A DNA stretch of 24,595 nt, from NCBI GenBank assembly GCA_041741655.1, contig JBGSJU010000198.1, positions 1 through 24,595 on the forward strand. The letters run 5' to 3'. The position numbers and the translations under genes are program-made. Shown here piece after piece: positions 15,522-23,943 of this stretch. Each line of letters opens with the position of its first letter. Within the stretch, counting starts at the first letter, position 1. The notes under the pieces are model-generated. The model was not told where the DNA came from. It saw nothing but the letters and a program-made list of their open reading frames with translations, and searched no databases. The DNA is from Rhodobacterales bacterium. Its GTDB lineage: Bacteria > Pseudomonadota > Alphaproteobacteria > Rhodobacterales > Rhodobacteraceae.

Positions 15522-17585
15522 ATGGTCAATGTTTTTCGTCCAACCGTGCTGCTTGCCACCGCGTTGATGGCAGTGATTGTCATGATGATCCTGCCGATGC
15601 CACCCATATTGCTTGATATCGGTCTTGCCGTCTCTTTCGCACTTGCGATTCTGATTTTCACCGTAACGCTTTTCATCGAGCGGCCGCTGGATTTCTCATC
15701 ATTTCCGACAATCCTCTTGGGCAGCCTGATGTTGCGGCTGTCACTGAATATTTCTTCGACAAAACTGATTATCGGCAATGGACATACCGGACCTGACGCC
15801 GCCGGCGGTGTGATTGCGGGCTTTGCCGGGTTTGTCATGGGTGACAATATTCTTCTGGGAATCGTTGTTTTCATCGTCATCCTGATCGTGAATTTCATGG
15901 TCATTACCAAGGGCGCCGCTCGAATGGCAGAAGTCGGTGCACGTTTTGCACTGGATGCGATGCCAGGGAAACAGCTTGCCATCGACGCCGATATGGCCGC
16001 CGGCGCCATTACCCATACCGAAGCGCGGCAGCGGCGGGAAACCGAACAGCGCGAGACAACATTTTTCGGATCGCTGGATGGCGCCTCGAAATTCGTGAAA
16101 GGGGATGCGGTCGCTGGCTTGTTGATCACCTTGCTCAACATCGCCGTCGGACTGACCGTTGGGGTGGTTATGCATGGCATGCCGATCGGACAGGCTTTTG
16201 AAACCTATGCGATCCTCACGGTGGGCGATGGACTGGTCACCCAGATCCCGGCGGTGATCATTTCGATCGCCTCGGCGTTGCTGCTGGCGCGCGGCGGCAA
16301 TACCGGCGCAACTGATATTGCGGTTTTTCAACAATTGGGAGGGCATCCGGCTGCGCTGGGCACGGTCAGCGTGTTGATGTTCCTGTTCGGACTTGTGCCG
16401 GGTCTGCCGTTCATTCCATTTGCCGCAGGCGCAGTCTTCCTTGGATATGTCGCATGGCGTCGGGGTCACAGCAGCGCAATTACCGCGGCCAAGGCGACAG
16501 ATGCCCCCGTCGCACGCCCGCCTGAAAAGTCCATCGGCGATCTTCTGGACCTCGATGATCTGCATGTCGAATTTGCCCCGGACCTTGTCGGCATGGTGTT
16601 GGACCCCGGTACCGGTCTCGATGTCCGGATCGGCAACATGCGACGGCATGTTGCGGCCGTCTATGGTCTGGTCTTGCCGGAAATCCGGCTGACCGATGAT
16701 CCTTCATTGCCGGCCGGCACCTATGTCATCCGGATCCAGGGTGTCGAACGGGCACGCGCCATGTTACGCGCCGAGAAGTCGCTGGCGCTGTTGCCGGCAT
16801 CCTCGCACGGCATGCCGGCGGGCGAGGACGTGCGTGAACCCGTCTACAACGCACCTGCCCGCTGGATCGCCTTTGCCGAACAGGAAACCGCGGCTCTTGC
16901 CGGGGCCACCATTGTTACTCCGCCGGAGGTGTTGGCGACGCATCTTCTTGAGGTGATCCGCCGCAATCTTGGACGCCTGCTGAGCCTCAAGACCCTGCGC
17001 CGCCTTCTTGACGAGCTTTGCCGCTTGACAGACCCCGCGCGGGCCGAAGCGAACCGGCGTTTTCTGGATGAAATGATCCCAGACCGGGTCCCGATGGACC
17101 TGTTCCACGCCGTTCTGCGCAACCTGCTGGAAGAACAGGTATCAATCCGCAACATTCCCCTGATCCTCGAAGCCATTGCTGAGGCCCGACCGATGCAGGC
17201 CGGACTCGAAGGCATGGTCGAACACGTTCGACAAAGGTTGGGATTTCAACTGGTTGCACCCTTCAAGCGCGAGGATGGCACGATCCCCCTTATCCAACTG
17301 GATCCAGAGTGGGAGGAGATATTTGCATCCTTCCAGATCGAGTCCGGACCAAATCTTGACGTTGCCTTGCCACCCGATCTGTTCAATCGGCTGGCGGGTG
17401 GACTGGCCGACAAATTGCGCGAGTGCGGCGATCGCGGGATTTTCCCGGCGCTGATCACTTCGGCGCGGCGCCGGCGGTTCCTGCGAACAGTGATGAGCGC
17501 GCGCGGCCTGACAAACCCGGTGGTTTCCTTCGAGGAGGTCGGACTGGAAGCCAGACCAGCCCTTGTAGGTACGGTCGCGGCATGA
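15522..17585 (+). CDS. flhA: Flagellar export apparatus protein FlhA
   Basis: PLDFSSFPTILL, LRLSLNISSTKLI, GAARMAEVGARFALDAMPGKQLAIDAD, FFGSLDGASKFVKGDA, LTVGDGLVTQIPA, EQVSIRNIPLILEA. RBS GGAGG. Confidence 0.98.
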   Translation: MVNVFRPTVLLATALMAVIVMMILPMPPILLDIGLAVSFALAILIFTVTLFIERPLDFSSFPTILLGSLMLRLSLNISSTKLIIGNGHTGPDAAGGVIAGFAGFVMGDNILLGIVVFIVILIVNFMVITKGAARMAEVGARFALDAMPGKQLAIDADMAAGAITHTEARQRRETEQRETTFFGSLDGASKFVKGDAVAGLLITLLNIAVGLTVGVVMHGMPIGQAFETYAILTVGDGLVTQIPAVIISIASALLLARGGNTGATDIAVFQQLGGHPAALGTVSVLMFLFGLVPGLPFIPFAAGAVFLGYVAWRRGHSSAITAAKATDAPVARPPEKSIGDLLDLDDLHVEFAPDLVGMVLDPGTGLDVRIGNMRRHVAAVYGLVLPEIRLTDDPSLPAGTYVIRIQGVERARAMLRAEKSLALLPASSHGMPAGEDVREPVYNAPARWIAFAEQETAALAGATIVTPPEVLATHLLEVIRRNLGRLLSLKTLRRLLDELCRLTDPARAEANRRFLDEMIPDRVPMDLFHAVLRNLLEEQVSIRNIPLILEAIAEARPMQAGLEGMVEHVRQRLGFQLVAPFKREDGTIPLIQLDPEWEEIFASFQIESGPNLDVALPPDLFNRLAGGLADKLRECGDRGIFPALITSARRRRFLRTVMSARGLTNPVVSFEEVGLEARPALVGTVAA

Positions 17586-18358
17586 TCGTGCCGCTGGACG
17601 ATCTGATGAACATTGGCAACGGCGTCGTGCAGCAAGTTGCCCTTGTTTTTCCGCGCGTTGCGGCCATCATGGCATTTTTGCCGGCGCTTGGCGAACGCAG
17701 CATCCCGACCCGGATCAAGCTGGGACTTGCGATCTGCTTTGCGGTCATTTTGGCGCCGATGCTGGGTCACACCCTAGTTCCCCCCGCCACGACGTCGGCG
17801 TGGCCCTTGTTGATCGTGGTCGAAACCGGGGTTGGCACCCTGTTGGCGTTGATGATCCGGTTGTGGGTCTTGGCCTTGCAAACCGCCGGGGCGATTGCGG
17901 CACAATCCACGTCGCTGTCGCAACTGTTTGGCGGGGCTGTTGCCGATCCGTTACCGGCAGTCGGCAATGTCTTGATGCTGGCGGGATTGACTCTGTTTGT
18001 GATGTCCGGGCTGCATTTGCGCGTGATCGAGTTTCTGCATGCCTCGTTTGCGTTGTTTCCCCTCGGTCGCTTGCCGGCGGCAGACATGGTCGCGGACTGG
18101 GGCCGGGATCAGGTCACGCGCAGTTTTTCCCTCGCATTCATGTTGGCGTTTCCGTTTGTTCTGGTCTCGGTCGCCTACAACATCACGCTGGGTGTCGTGA
18201 ACCGGGCGATGCCGCAACTCATGGTCGCGCTTGTCGGGGCGCCGGCGATCTCGTTGGCGACGCTGGCCCTGTTGATGGCATTGACCCCGGTGATCGTGGT
18301 GCGCTGGCGCGATGCCATCACCGGTGTTCTTGGCAATCCCGCGGGGATCTGGCCATGA
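17582..18358 (+). CDS. fliR: Flagellar export gate protein FliR
   Basis: VFPRVAAIMAFLPALGERSIPTRIKL, LQTAGAIAAQSTSLS, LGVVNRAMPQLMVALVGAP. ATGA overlap with flhA; the ORF-track start at 17423 is over-extended. Confidence 0.96.
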   Translation: MIVPLDDLMNIGNGVVQQVALVFPRVAAIMAFLPALGERSIPTRIKLGLAICFAVILAPMLGHTLVPPATTSAWPLLIVVETGVGTLLALMIRLWVLALQTAGAIAAQSTSLSQLFGGAVADPLPAVGNVLMLAGLTLFVMSGLHLRVIEFLHASFALFPLGRLPAADMVADWGRDQVTRSFSLAFMLAFPFVLVSVAYNITLGVVNRAMPQLMVALVGAPAISLATLALLMALTPVIVVRWRDAITGVLGNPAGIWP

Positions 18359-19440
18359 GTGACGACGACGACGCATCGGACAAATCACACGAGCCGACGC
18401 AAAAACGTCTGGATGATGCGCGTCGCAAGGGACAAGTGGTACGGTCGGCCGATGTTACGATGGCTGCGGCACAGGGGGGGTTCCTGCTGGTGTTTTCCGT
18501 CTGGGGCGCGGCCAGCTTGATCGAACTGGGCAATTCAATGATGACGATGCTCACGCAGGCAGGCCCGCTTGCGACTGCGCCACTGGGTGGCGCTTTCGGG
18601 CCCGTCCTGCGCGCCGCCCTTGCCGATACGGCGCGGGTGACGGCGCCGTGGTTCGCCATTCCAGCCATGGCTGCGTTGGCTGGCGTGTTGGCGCAACGCG
18701 CATTCACGGTAACGGGCAGCAATTTGCAACCAAAACTGGCGCGCATCTCGCCGCTTGCGAACGCGCAAAACAAATTCGGCGCAAACGGGTTGTTCGAGTT
18801 CGCGAAAAGCACTGTGAAATTGCTGATCTACAGTCTTGTGCTGGGTCTTTTCCTGCTGGACCGGATCGATCTTTTGCAGGCCCTGCCAGAGGCAGAACCC
18901 GGACCCGCGCTGGTCCTGATGGCCGAAATTCTACTGCAGCTCCTGACGCGTGTCCTGATCATTGCCATCGTGATCGCGGCGATTGACTATCTTTGGCAAT
19001 ATCAGGCCCATATGCAGCGTCAGCGGATGACTCTGAAGGATCTCAAGGATGAGATGAAGGAATCCGACGGTGATCCGGCGATGAAACAGCATCGTCGGGC
19101 GCGCGCCCAGGAACTGGCCTTGCAGCAATTGGCTGCAGAGGTGCCAAAAGCTGACGTCGTCATTGTCAACCCGACCCATTATGCCGTTGCGTTGAAATGG
19201 TCACGGCAACGCGGGGCCGCCCCGGTCTGTGTCGCCAAGGGTGTCGATGAAACCGCCTTGCGGATCCGGACGCTGGCGCAGGCCGCGGGGATCCCGGTGC
19301 ACGCCGATCCACCAACGGCGCGTACGCTGTATGCAACGGTCGATGTTGGCCAGGAAATCGCAGCCGAACATTATCAGGCCGTGGCCGTTGCGATCCGCTT
19401 CGCCGAGGACATGCGGAAAAGGGCGCGCAGATGGACCTGA
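18355..19440 (+). CDS. flhB: Flagellar export/substrate-switch protein FlhB
   Basis: DKSHEPTQKRLDDARRKGQVVRS, LQPKLARISPL, DLKDEMKESDGDP, the NPTH autocleavage motif and APVCVAKG. ATGA overlap with fliR; the ORF-track start at 17800 is over-extended. Confidence 0.97.
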   Translation: MSDDDDASDKSHEPTQKRLDDARRKGQVVRSADVTMAAAQGGFLLVFSVWGAASLIELGNSMMTMLTQAGPLATAPLGGAFGPVLRAALADTARVTAPWFAIPAMAALAGVLAQRAFTVTGSNLQPKLARISPLANAQNKFGANGLFEFAKSTVKLLIYSLVLGLFLLDRIDLLQALPEAEPGPALVLMAEILLQLLTRVLIIAIVIAAIDYLWQYQAHMQRQRMTLKDLKDEMKESDGDPAMKQHRRARAQELALQQLAAEVPKADVVIVNPTHYAVALKWSRQRGAAPVCVAKGVDETALRIRTLAQAAGIPVHADPPTARTLYATVDVGQEIAAEHYQAVAVAIRFAEDMRKRARRWT

Positions 19441-19772
19441 AAACGCGGCGCGATCTGGCGCGCGTGGTTGACCTGCGACTTGACCGAGCCCGTCAGGATC
19501 TGGCGCGCATCGCCGCCCGCGAGCAAGACATTGCGACCGAGCTCGCGGCGATCGAGGCTCAGGTGCAGGGCATGTTTCGCCTTTCCGTTGAAAATCCCTA
19601 TCGTCACACCGGGGCGGACGCGTCGTTTGAACTTTGGGCGCAACGCCGGCGTGCGGACTTGCAGATGGACCGGGCGCGCCTCCGCGTGGTTCGCGCAACG
19701 GCCATGGACGCCATGCGGCTGGCCTTTGCCAGATCCGAGGCGTTGCGCCTGTTGGGCCGTGACCAGCGGTAA
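19431..19772 (+). CDS. Uncharacterised 113-aa coiled-coil protein (possible divergent FliJ-like export chaperone)
   Basis: Overlaps the flhB 3' end by 10 nt and fills the gap before the convergent fliL2. Two amphipathic Arg/Ala/Leu helices around a central linker. Confidence 0.75.
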   Translation: MDLKTRRDLARVVDLRLDRARQDLARIAAREQDIATELAAIEAQVQGMFRLSVENPYRHTGADASFELWAQRRRADLQMDRARLRVVRATAMDAMRLAFARSEALRLLGRDQR

Positions 19773-19775
19773 GGC

Positions 19776-20270
19776 CTAAACGTCCTGACGCGCGATGTCG
19801 GTGATCAGGACATCCGAGACGGCATCGCCAAGGACCCGCGTGGCGACCTCATGCAGCGACCGTCGCAAAGTTTCCATGGTCGTCGCGCTTGTGAAGGCCC
19901 CTTCGAAACCGCCGGAATTGGCATGATCGAACAGCACCTGCAAAAAACCGGCGCGCAGTTTCGGTTCAACCGCAAACACCCGCTCCTGCACCCCCGCCGT
20001 CACTTCCAGGCTGATGGTCAGGACAACCAGCGACCGGACCCGATCCGACAGCACGATGGGAACCACGAATTGATTGTTCAGTTTGACATAGTCCCGCGTT
20101 GCGGCATCGGCGTCGTCCTTGTGTGCTGCCGCTGCATCGGCGGTCGCAGGCTCGCCGCAGGGATCTGTGGCCATCTCGGGGTCGGCCGGGGGGGGCATCA
20201 GGAACAGGCCGGCCCCCACGCCGGCTCCCGTGCCCAGCAAAGCCAGAATGATCGGTAGAATTTTCTTCAT
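19776..20270 (-). CDS. fliL: FliL-family protein (copy 2)
   Basis: MKKILPIILALLGTGAGVGAG TM helix; YVKLNNQFVVPI, LVVLTISLEV, EPKLRAGFLQVL, VSDVLITDIARQDV. Follows flgH in the minus-strand operon. Confidence 0.85.
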   Translation of the reverse strand: MKKILPIILALLGTGAGVGAGLFLMPPPADPEMATDPCGEPATADAAAAHKDDADAATRDYVKLNNQFVVPIVLSDRVRSLVVLTISLEVTAGVQERVFAVEPKLRAGFLQVLFDHANSGGFEGAFTSATTMETLRRSLHEVATRVLGDAVSDVLITDIARQDV

Positions 20271-20281
20271 TGCGGCCTCAC

Positions 20282-21007
20282 CTAGAAGGGCAGCACAACG
20301 TCAAGGACCTGCTGGCCCAACCGCGGCTGCTGCATGTCGCTGATCTGACCCCGTCCGCCATAGGAAATCCGGGCAGCGGCCATCTTGTCATACGTGATTT
20401 CGTTCTGTCGGCTGATGTCCTCGGGGCGCACATAGCCCGTCACCAAAAGTTCCCGCATCTCGAAATTGACCCGGATTTCCTGAGTCCCCGACAGGAAAAG
20501 CACACCATTCGGCAAAGCCTCGACCACCGTCACGGCCACCCGCAACGTCAGCTTCTCGTTGCGGCGCACAGAACCGGACCCAGTCGATTTGCTGGCGGAA
20601 TTCAGCCCGACAGCTTCTGCCGATGTCGCGCCCTCGGGCAGTTTTTCATCAAGGCGTTGCGGCAGTCCCAGCAGGTTGGGGACGCCCAACTGCTCTGATC
20701 CAGATCGCGCGCGCTGGGTGGAGTTGGAAATTTCAGCCCGATCATCCACCTCGATCACGACGGTCAGGATATCGCCGGGTCTGACGGCGCGACGATCGCC
20801 GAACAGCGACGCACGATGGCCGGTCCACAGGGACGACCCATCATTTTCGGTGACGGGGCCCAGACCAAGTGGCTGTCCCGAATAATACATCGCCTGCTGT
20901 TCGGGCCCACCGCTGGCTGGGGTGAACCCGGGCGCCTTGCCGATGTGATCGCCACGGCCACATGCGGCAAGAGCCAAGGTGGAAATCAGGAATATGCGTG
21001 GCAGCAT
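20282..21007 (-). CDS. flgH: Flagellar L-ring lipoprotein FlgH
   Basis: Lipobox LALAAC, LFGDRRAVRPGDILTVVI, VVEALPNGVL, GYVRPEDISRQNEI, AARISYGGRGQISDMQQPRLGQQ. ATG 21007 gives a proper signal peptide. Confidence 0.96.
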   Translation of the reverse strand: MLPRIFLISTLALAACGRGDHIGKAPGFTPASGGPEQQAMYYSGQPLGLGPVTENDGSSLWTGHRASLFGDRRAVRPGDILTVVIEVDDRAEISNSTQRARSGSEQLGVPNLLGLPQRLDEKLPEGATSAEAVGLNSASKSTGSGSVRRNEKLTLRVAVTVVEALPNGVLFLSGTQEIRVNFEMRELLVTGYVRPEDISRQNEITYDKMAAARISYGGRGQISDMQQPRLGQQVLDVVLPF

Positions 21008-21017
21008 GGCGGTTCTT

Positions 21018-21446
21018 TCAACGCTGGACGAGGACGGAGCCGTCGATCTGGACAATGCCCGTCAGGGCGACATGTGAGGCAGTGTTGATCACGCGCAGGG
21101 TTTCACCCGCCCCCCCGCGCCCCATCGACCGACCTTCGGCGAGGATCGTGATCTGTCCCACGGCATAGCGCAGCGCGACGATCTGGTTGCGTTCCACCAG
21201 CGCGGGCGGGCCGACATCGACCGGACGGATCGGGCGCCCGGGATAGATCAGCGCGCGCGCCTCGAGCCCCACGACCGCTTCGGGCGTCAGTTCAACGCGT
21301 TCCGTACCGGGCCGCAGGGTTACGTCGGACTCGGTCAGCACGGTTTGCGGCCGGATCATGCGGGTTGCAACCAGCGTGTCCGCGGACGCTGTGCCCGCCA
21401 TGCCTGCTATGCCTGCTGTGACGGCCAACATGATCAGGAACCGCAT
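21018..21446 (-). CDS. flgA: P-ring assembly chaperone FlgA (short form)
   Basis: Signal peptide ..ASA|D, SAF-like VATRMIRPQTVL, LVERNQIVAL, LAEGRSMGRGGAGETLRVIN. Lies between flgG and flgH. Confidence 0.92.
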   Translation of the reverse strand: MRFLIMLAVTAGIAGMAGTASADTLVATRMIRPQTVLTESDVTLRPGTERVELTPEAVVGLEARALIYPGRPIRPVDVGPPALVERNQIVALRYAVGQITILAEGRSMGRGGAGETLRVINTASHVALTGIVQIDGSVLVQR

Positions 21447-22231
21447 CAGCGCACCTGTGTCGTGGCGCCGAGCATCTGGTCGGCCGCGGAAATCACCTTG
21501 GCATTCAATTCATAGCCGCGCTGGGCCTCGATCAGTTCGGTGATCTCGCGCACCGGATCGACCGAGCTGTCCTCCAGATAGCCCTGCCGCAAGGTTCCCA
21601 GCCCGTCCAACCCCGGCGTGGACACGTTCGCCGGACCCGAGGCTTGCGTTTCAAGGAACAGGTTCGACCCCATCGCCTCCAGCCCTTTGGCGTTGGTAAA
21701 GCCGGCAAGTCCGATCTGGCCCAGCAGCTGGCCTTCGGTCGCATCGGCGTAATAGGCATAGACCTCGCCGGCGCCATTGATCGAAATCGACCGGGCTTCG
21801 GGCGGGATCACGGTTTCCGGCGAAACCGGATAGCCATCCGAGGTGACGATCACGCCTTCGGCGGAGCGTTTCAGCGCCCCGTCGCGGGTATAGGCGGTCT
21901 GCCCGGACGGCAGCGTGACCTCAAGATAGCCCAGCCCTTCGATCGCGACATCCAGATCGCCCCCGGTTGCCGACAGCGCGCCCTGAGACAATTCGACCGT
22001 CACCGCGGCGGGACGAACGCCGAGGCCCAACTGAATGCCCGTCGGCAGGACAGTGCCGTCGGCGGCCGTGATCGTGCCGGCGCGGGCGTATTGCTGATAG
22101 TGCAGGTCGGCGAATTCGGCACGTCGGGTGTTGTAGCCCGTCGTGGACATGTTCGCGAGGTTGTTCGAAATCGTCTCGACGCGCATCTGTTGCGCCGACA
22201 TGCCGGTGGCTGCGATCGTGAGGGCACGCAT
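21446..22231 (-). CDS. flgG: Distal rod protein FlgG
   Basis: AATGMSAQQMRVETISNNLANMSTTGY, QLGLGV, DLDVAIEGLGY, YTRDGAL, QGYLEDSSVDPVREITELIEAQRGYELN. Confidence 0.98.
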   Translation of the reverse strand: MRALTIAATGMSAQQMRVETISNNLANMSTTGYNTRRAEFADLHYQQYARAGTITAADGTVLPTGIQLGLGVRPAAVTVELSQGALSATGGDLDVAIEGLGYLEVTLPSGQTAYTRDGALKRSAEGVIVTSDGYPVSPETVIPPEARSISINGAGEVYAYYADATEGQLLGQIGLAGFTNAKGLEAMGSNLFLETQASGPANVSTPGLDGLGTLRQGYLEDSSVDPVREITELIEAQRGYELNAKVISAADQMLGATTQVR

Positions 22232-22240
22232 GCGGATCTC

Positions 22241-22954
22241 CTATCGAAAAAGGGTGGTCAGCGCCCCACGCAGGCGCTCGTGTTCGGTATCAAGCAGCTT
22301 CTGGCCCAGTTCGTAGCTGCGCTGGACCTCGATCATCCGGGCCATTTGCCCGATCGGATCGACATTGGCGGATTCAAGGAAACCTTGCAGGACCCGCGCC
22401 TCGAAATCGGGTTCCACCGCGCCACTGGCAACAAACAGGACGCCATCTTCGCGTTGCAACCGCGTTGCCTCTGCGGGCATGAACAGCCCGACCTGGCCAA
22501 GGTTCTGGCCGGCCGCGCTGATCGTGCCATCGGCGCCGATCTTCAGGTCGGTCGCATCGGGCGGAATGAACAGCGGTGCGCCGCTGGCATCCAGCACGCG
22601 GTAGCCGCCCGGCGTGACCAGTTCGCTTTCGGCTGAACTGGCAAAGCTGCCCGCGCGGGTCAGGCGCTGGCCTTTCGGGGTTTCCACCATGAAAAACCCA
22701 TCACCTTCGATTGCCAGGTCCATGCGCCCCCCGGTCTGGGTCAGCGCCCCCTGCACCATCGAGGTGTTGCGTGTGCGCGCCACCGCCATGGAGATCGAAT
22801 CGCCATCGCCGCCGCCTTGCACAAATTCCGAGAAGATCAGCCCCTCCTGCCGGTAGCCGGTGGTGGCGCTGTTGGCGATATTGTTGGCGATGACCTGAAA
22901 TTCGCGCAGCAGCCCGGATTGCCGCGACAACGTGATATAGCCCGTGGCATCCAT
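22241..22954 (-). CDS. flgF: Proximal rod protein FlgF
   Basis: LSRQSGLLREFQVIANNIANSATTGY, TGGRMDLAIEGDGFF, LTRAGSF, QGFLESANVDPIGQMARMIEVQRSYE. Upstream of flgG. Confidence 0.96.
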   Translation of the reverse strand: MDATGYITLSRQSGLLREFQVIANNIANSATTGYRQEGLIFSEFVQGGGDGDSISMAVARTRNTSMVQGALTQTGGRMDLAIEGDGFFMVETPKGQRLTRAGSFASSAESELVTPGGYRVLDASGAPLFIPPDATDLKIGADGTISAAGQNLGQVGLFMPAEATRLQREDGVLFVASGAVEPDFEARVLQGFLESANVDPIGQMARMIEVQRSYELGQKLLDTEHERLRGALTTLFR

Positions 22955-22955
22955 G

Positions 22956-23225
22956 TCAGCCTCCTGAAATCATGGGCATGAGTTGGCCCTGAAAGAACGC
23001 GACCAGCGTGCGGGTCATGAAATCCATCGACACCCAGAACACGGCCAGCATCGCGGCCAGCTTCGGCACGAAGGTCAGGGTCATTTCCTGGATCGAGGTC
23101 AGCGCCTGGAACAGGCCGACCACCAGACCGACAACCAGCGCGGTGATCAGGATCGGTGCCGAGGTGACGACCGAAATCCACAGCCCTTCGCGCAAGGTGT
23201 CGAAAAACGCGGCCTCGGTCAGCAT
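22956..23225 (-). CDS. fliQ: Flagellar export gate protein FliQ
   Basis: 89 aa; VGLVVGLFQALTSIQEMTLTFVPKL. Confidence 0.97.
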   Translation of the reverse strand: MLTEAAFFDTLREGLWISVVTSAPILITALVVGLVVGLFQALTSIQEMTLTFVPKLAAMLAVFWVSMDFMTRTLVAFFQGQLMPMISGG

Positions 23226-23509
23226 CAGACCGGCATCCGCAGGATTTCCTGATAGGCCTCGACCACCTTGTCGCGCACCGTCACCACGGTTTCGACGGCA
23301 AGTTCGGCCTGAGCCAGCGCTTGAACCAGCGCATGCGGGTCAGCATCTCCCTGCATCGCGGCCATGGCGGTTGTTTCGGCCTGTTGTAGGGTGCTGGCAA
23401 AATCGTGGATCGCGGCCTGCGCACGGCTGCCTGCAGTATCGGGCGCCGGGTCAACCGCGGGACGGGATGTCAGGTAATTCCGGGCGGCATTGGTCGAACG
23501 GATGTCCAT
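23225..23509 (-). CDS. fliE: Hook-basal body protein FliE
   Basis: C-terminal ADPHALVQALAQAELAVETVVTVRDKVVEAYQEILRMPV. ATG 23509 has an AGGAG RBS upstream. Confidence 0.95.
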   Translation of the reverse strand: MDIRSTNAARNYLTSRPAVDPAPDTAGSRAQAAIHDFASTLQQAETTAMAAMQGDADPHALVQALAQAELAVETVVTVRDKVVEAYQEILRMPV

Positions 23510-23531
23510 TCTGGAGCTCCTTCTTTCAGGG

Positions 23532-23933
23532 TTAACGACGCAGAAGTTCAAGCAAAGACGCCGACATCTGCCGCGCCTGATCGAACATCCGTAAATTGGC
23601 CTCGTAGCTGCGCTGCGCTTCGCGCGCGTCGGCGATCTGGATGATCAGGTCCACGTTGGACCCGTCGTAATGCCCGCTGTCATCGGCCAGCGGATGCGCC
23701 GGATCATGGATGCGTTCCAGTTCGGTGCGGTCCAGACGCACGTTTCCCACCCGCACCTCGCCGGCGGCGGTTTCGCCAGACGGGACGCGCAGCGCGGTTT
23801 CGAACGGCGCCGTCTTGCCGCGATAGCCGGGCGTATCGGCATTGGCGATGTTTTCGGAAACCAGCCGCAAACGGTGCGACTGCGCCTTCATGCCGCTGGA
23901 CGAGATGGCCAGGGCGGATTGGAAATCGGTCAT
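23532..23933 (-). CDS. flgC: Proximal rod protein FlgC
   Basis: ALAISSSGMKAQSHRLRLVSENIANADTPGY, HDPAHPLAD..G....NVD, EAQRSYEANL. RBS GAGGAG before ATG 23933. Confidence 0.97.
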   Translation of the reverse strand: MTDFQSALAISSSGMKAQSHRLRLVSENIANADTPGYRGKTAPFETALRVPSGETAAGEVRVGNVRLDRTELERIHDPAHPLADDSGHYDGSNVDLIIQIADAREAQRSYEANLRMFDQARQMSASLLELLRR

Positions 23934-23943
23934 GCTGGGCTCC

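Noticed and set aside
15013-15567. Short ORFs in the orf756-flhA gap (15013-15282 +, 15122-15433 -, 15355-15567 +)
   Set aside because: No convincing RBS or motif, atypical codon usage and mutual overlap. Not called as genes; the gap itself is kept as a finding.
17423-18354. Apparent N-terminal extensions or fusions of FliR (start 17423) and FlhB (start 17800)
   Set aside because: These are open-frame run-ons over upstream genes. Family N-termini begin at the ATGA overlaps at 17582 and 18355.
874-22636. Long antisense or alternate-frame ORFs (874-1653, 2477-3430, 3518-4306, 5616-6332, 7591-8427, 15741-16649, 21644-22636 and others)
   Set aside because: They are shadows of well-supported genes. 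High GC3 depletes stop codons on the opposite strand, and they show no family motifs and Arg/Gly/His-skewed composition.
15522-23225. Non-flagellar type III secretion (injectisome) interpretation of flhA/fliR/flhB/fliQ
   Set aside because: Rod, hook, L/P-ring and MotA/MotB stator genes co-occur and no secretin is present, so the system is flagellar.
23521-23540. GTTAAC upstream of fliE, and its minus-strand match TTAACCCTGAA to CTAACCCTGAA (852-862) before motB
   Set aside because: The TTAA includes the flgC stop codon, there is no second half-site at N7, and it is only about 22 nt from the fliE start. The match is most likely coincidental.
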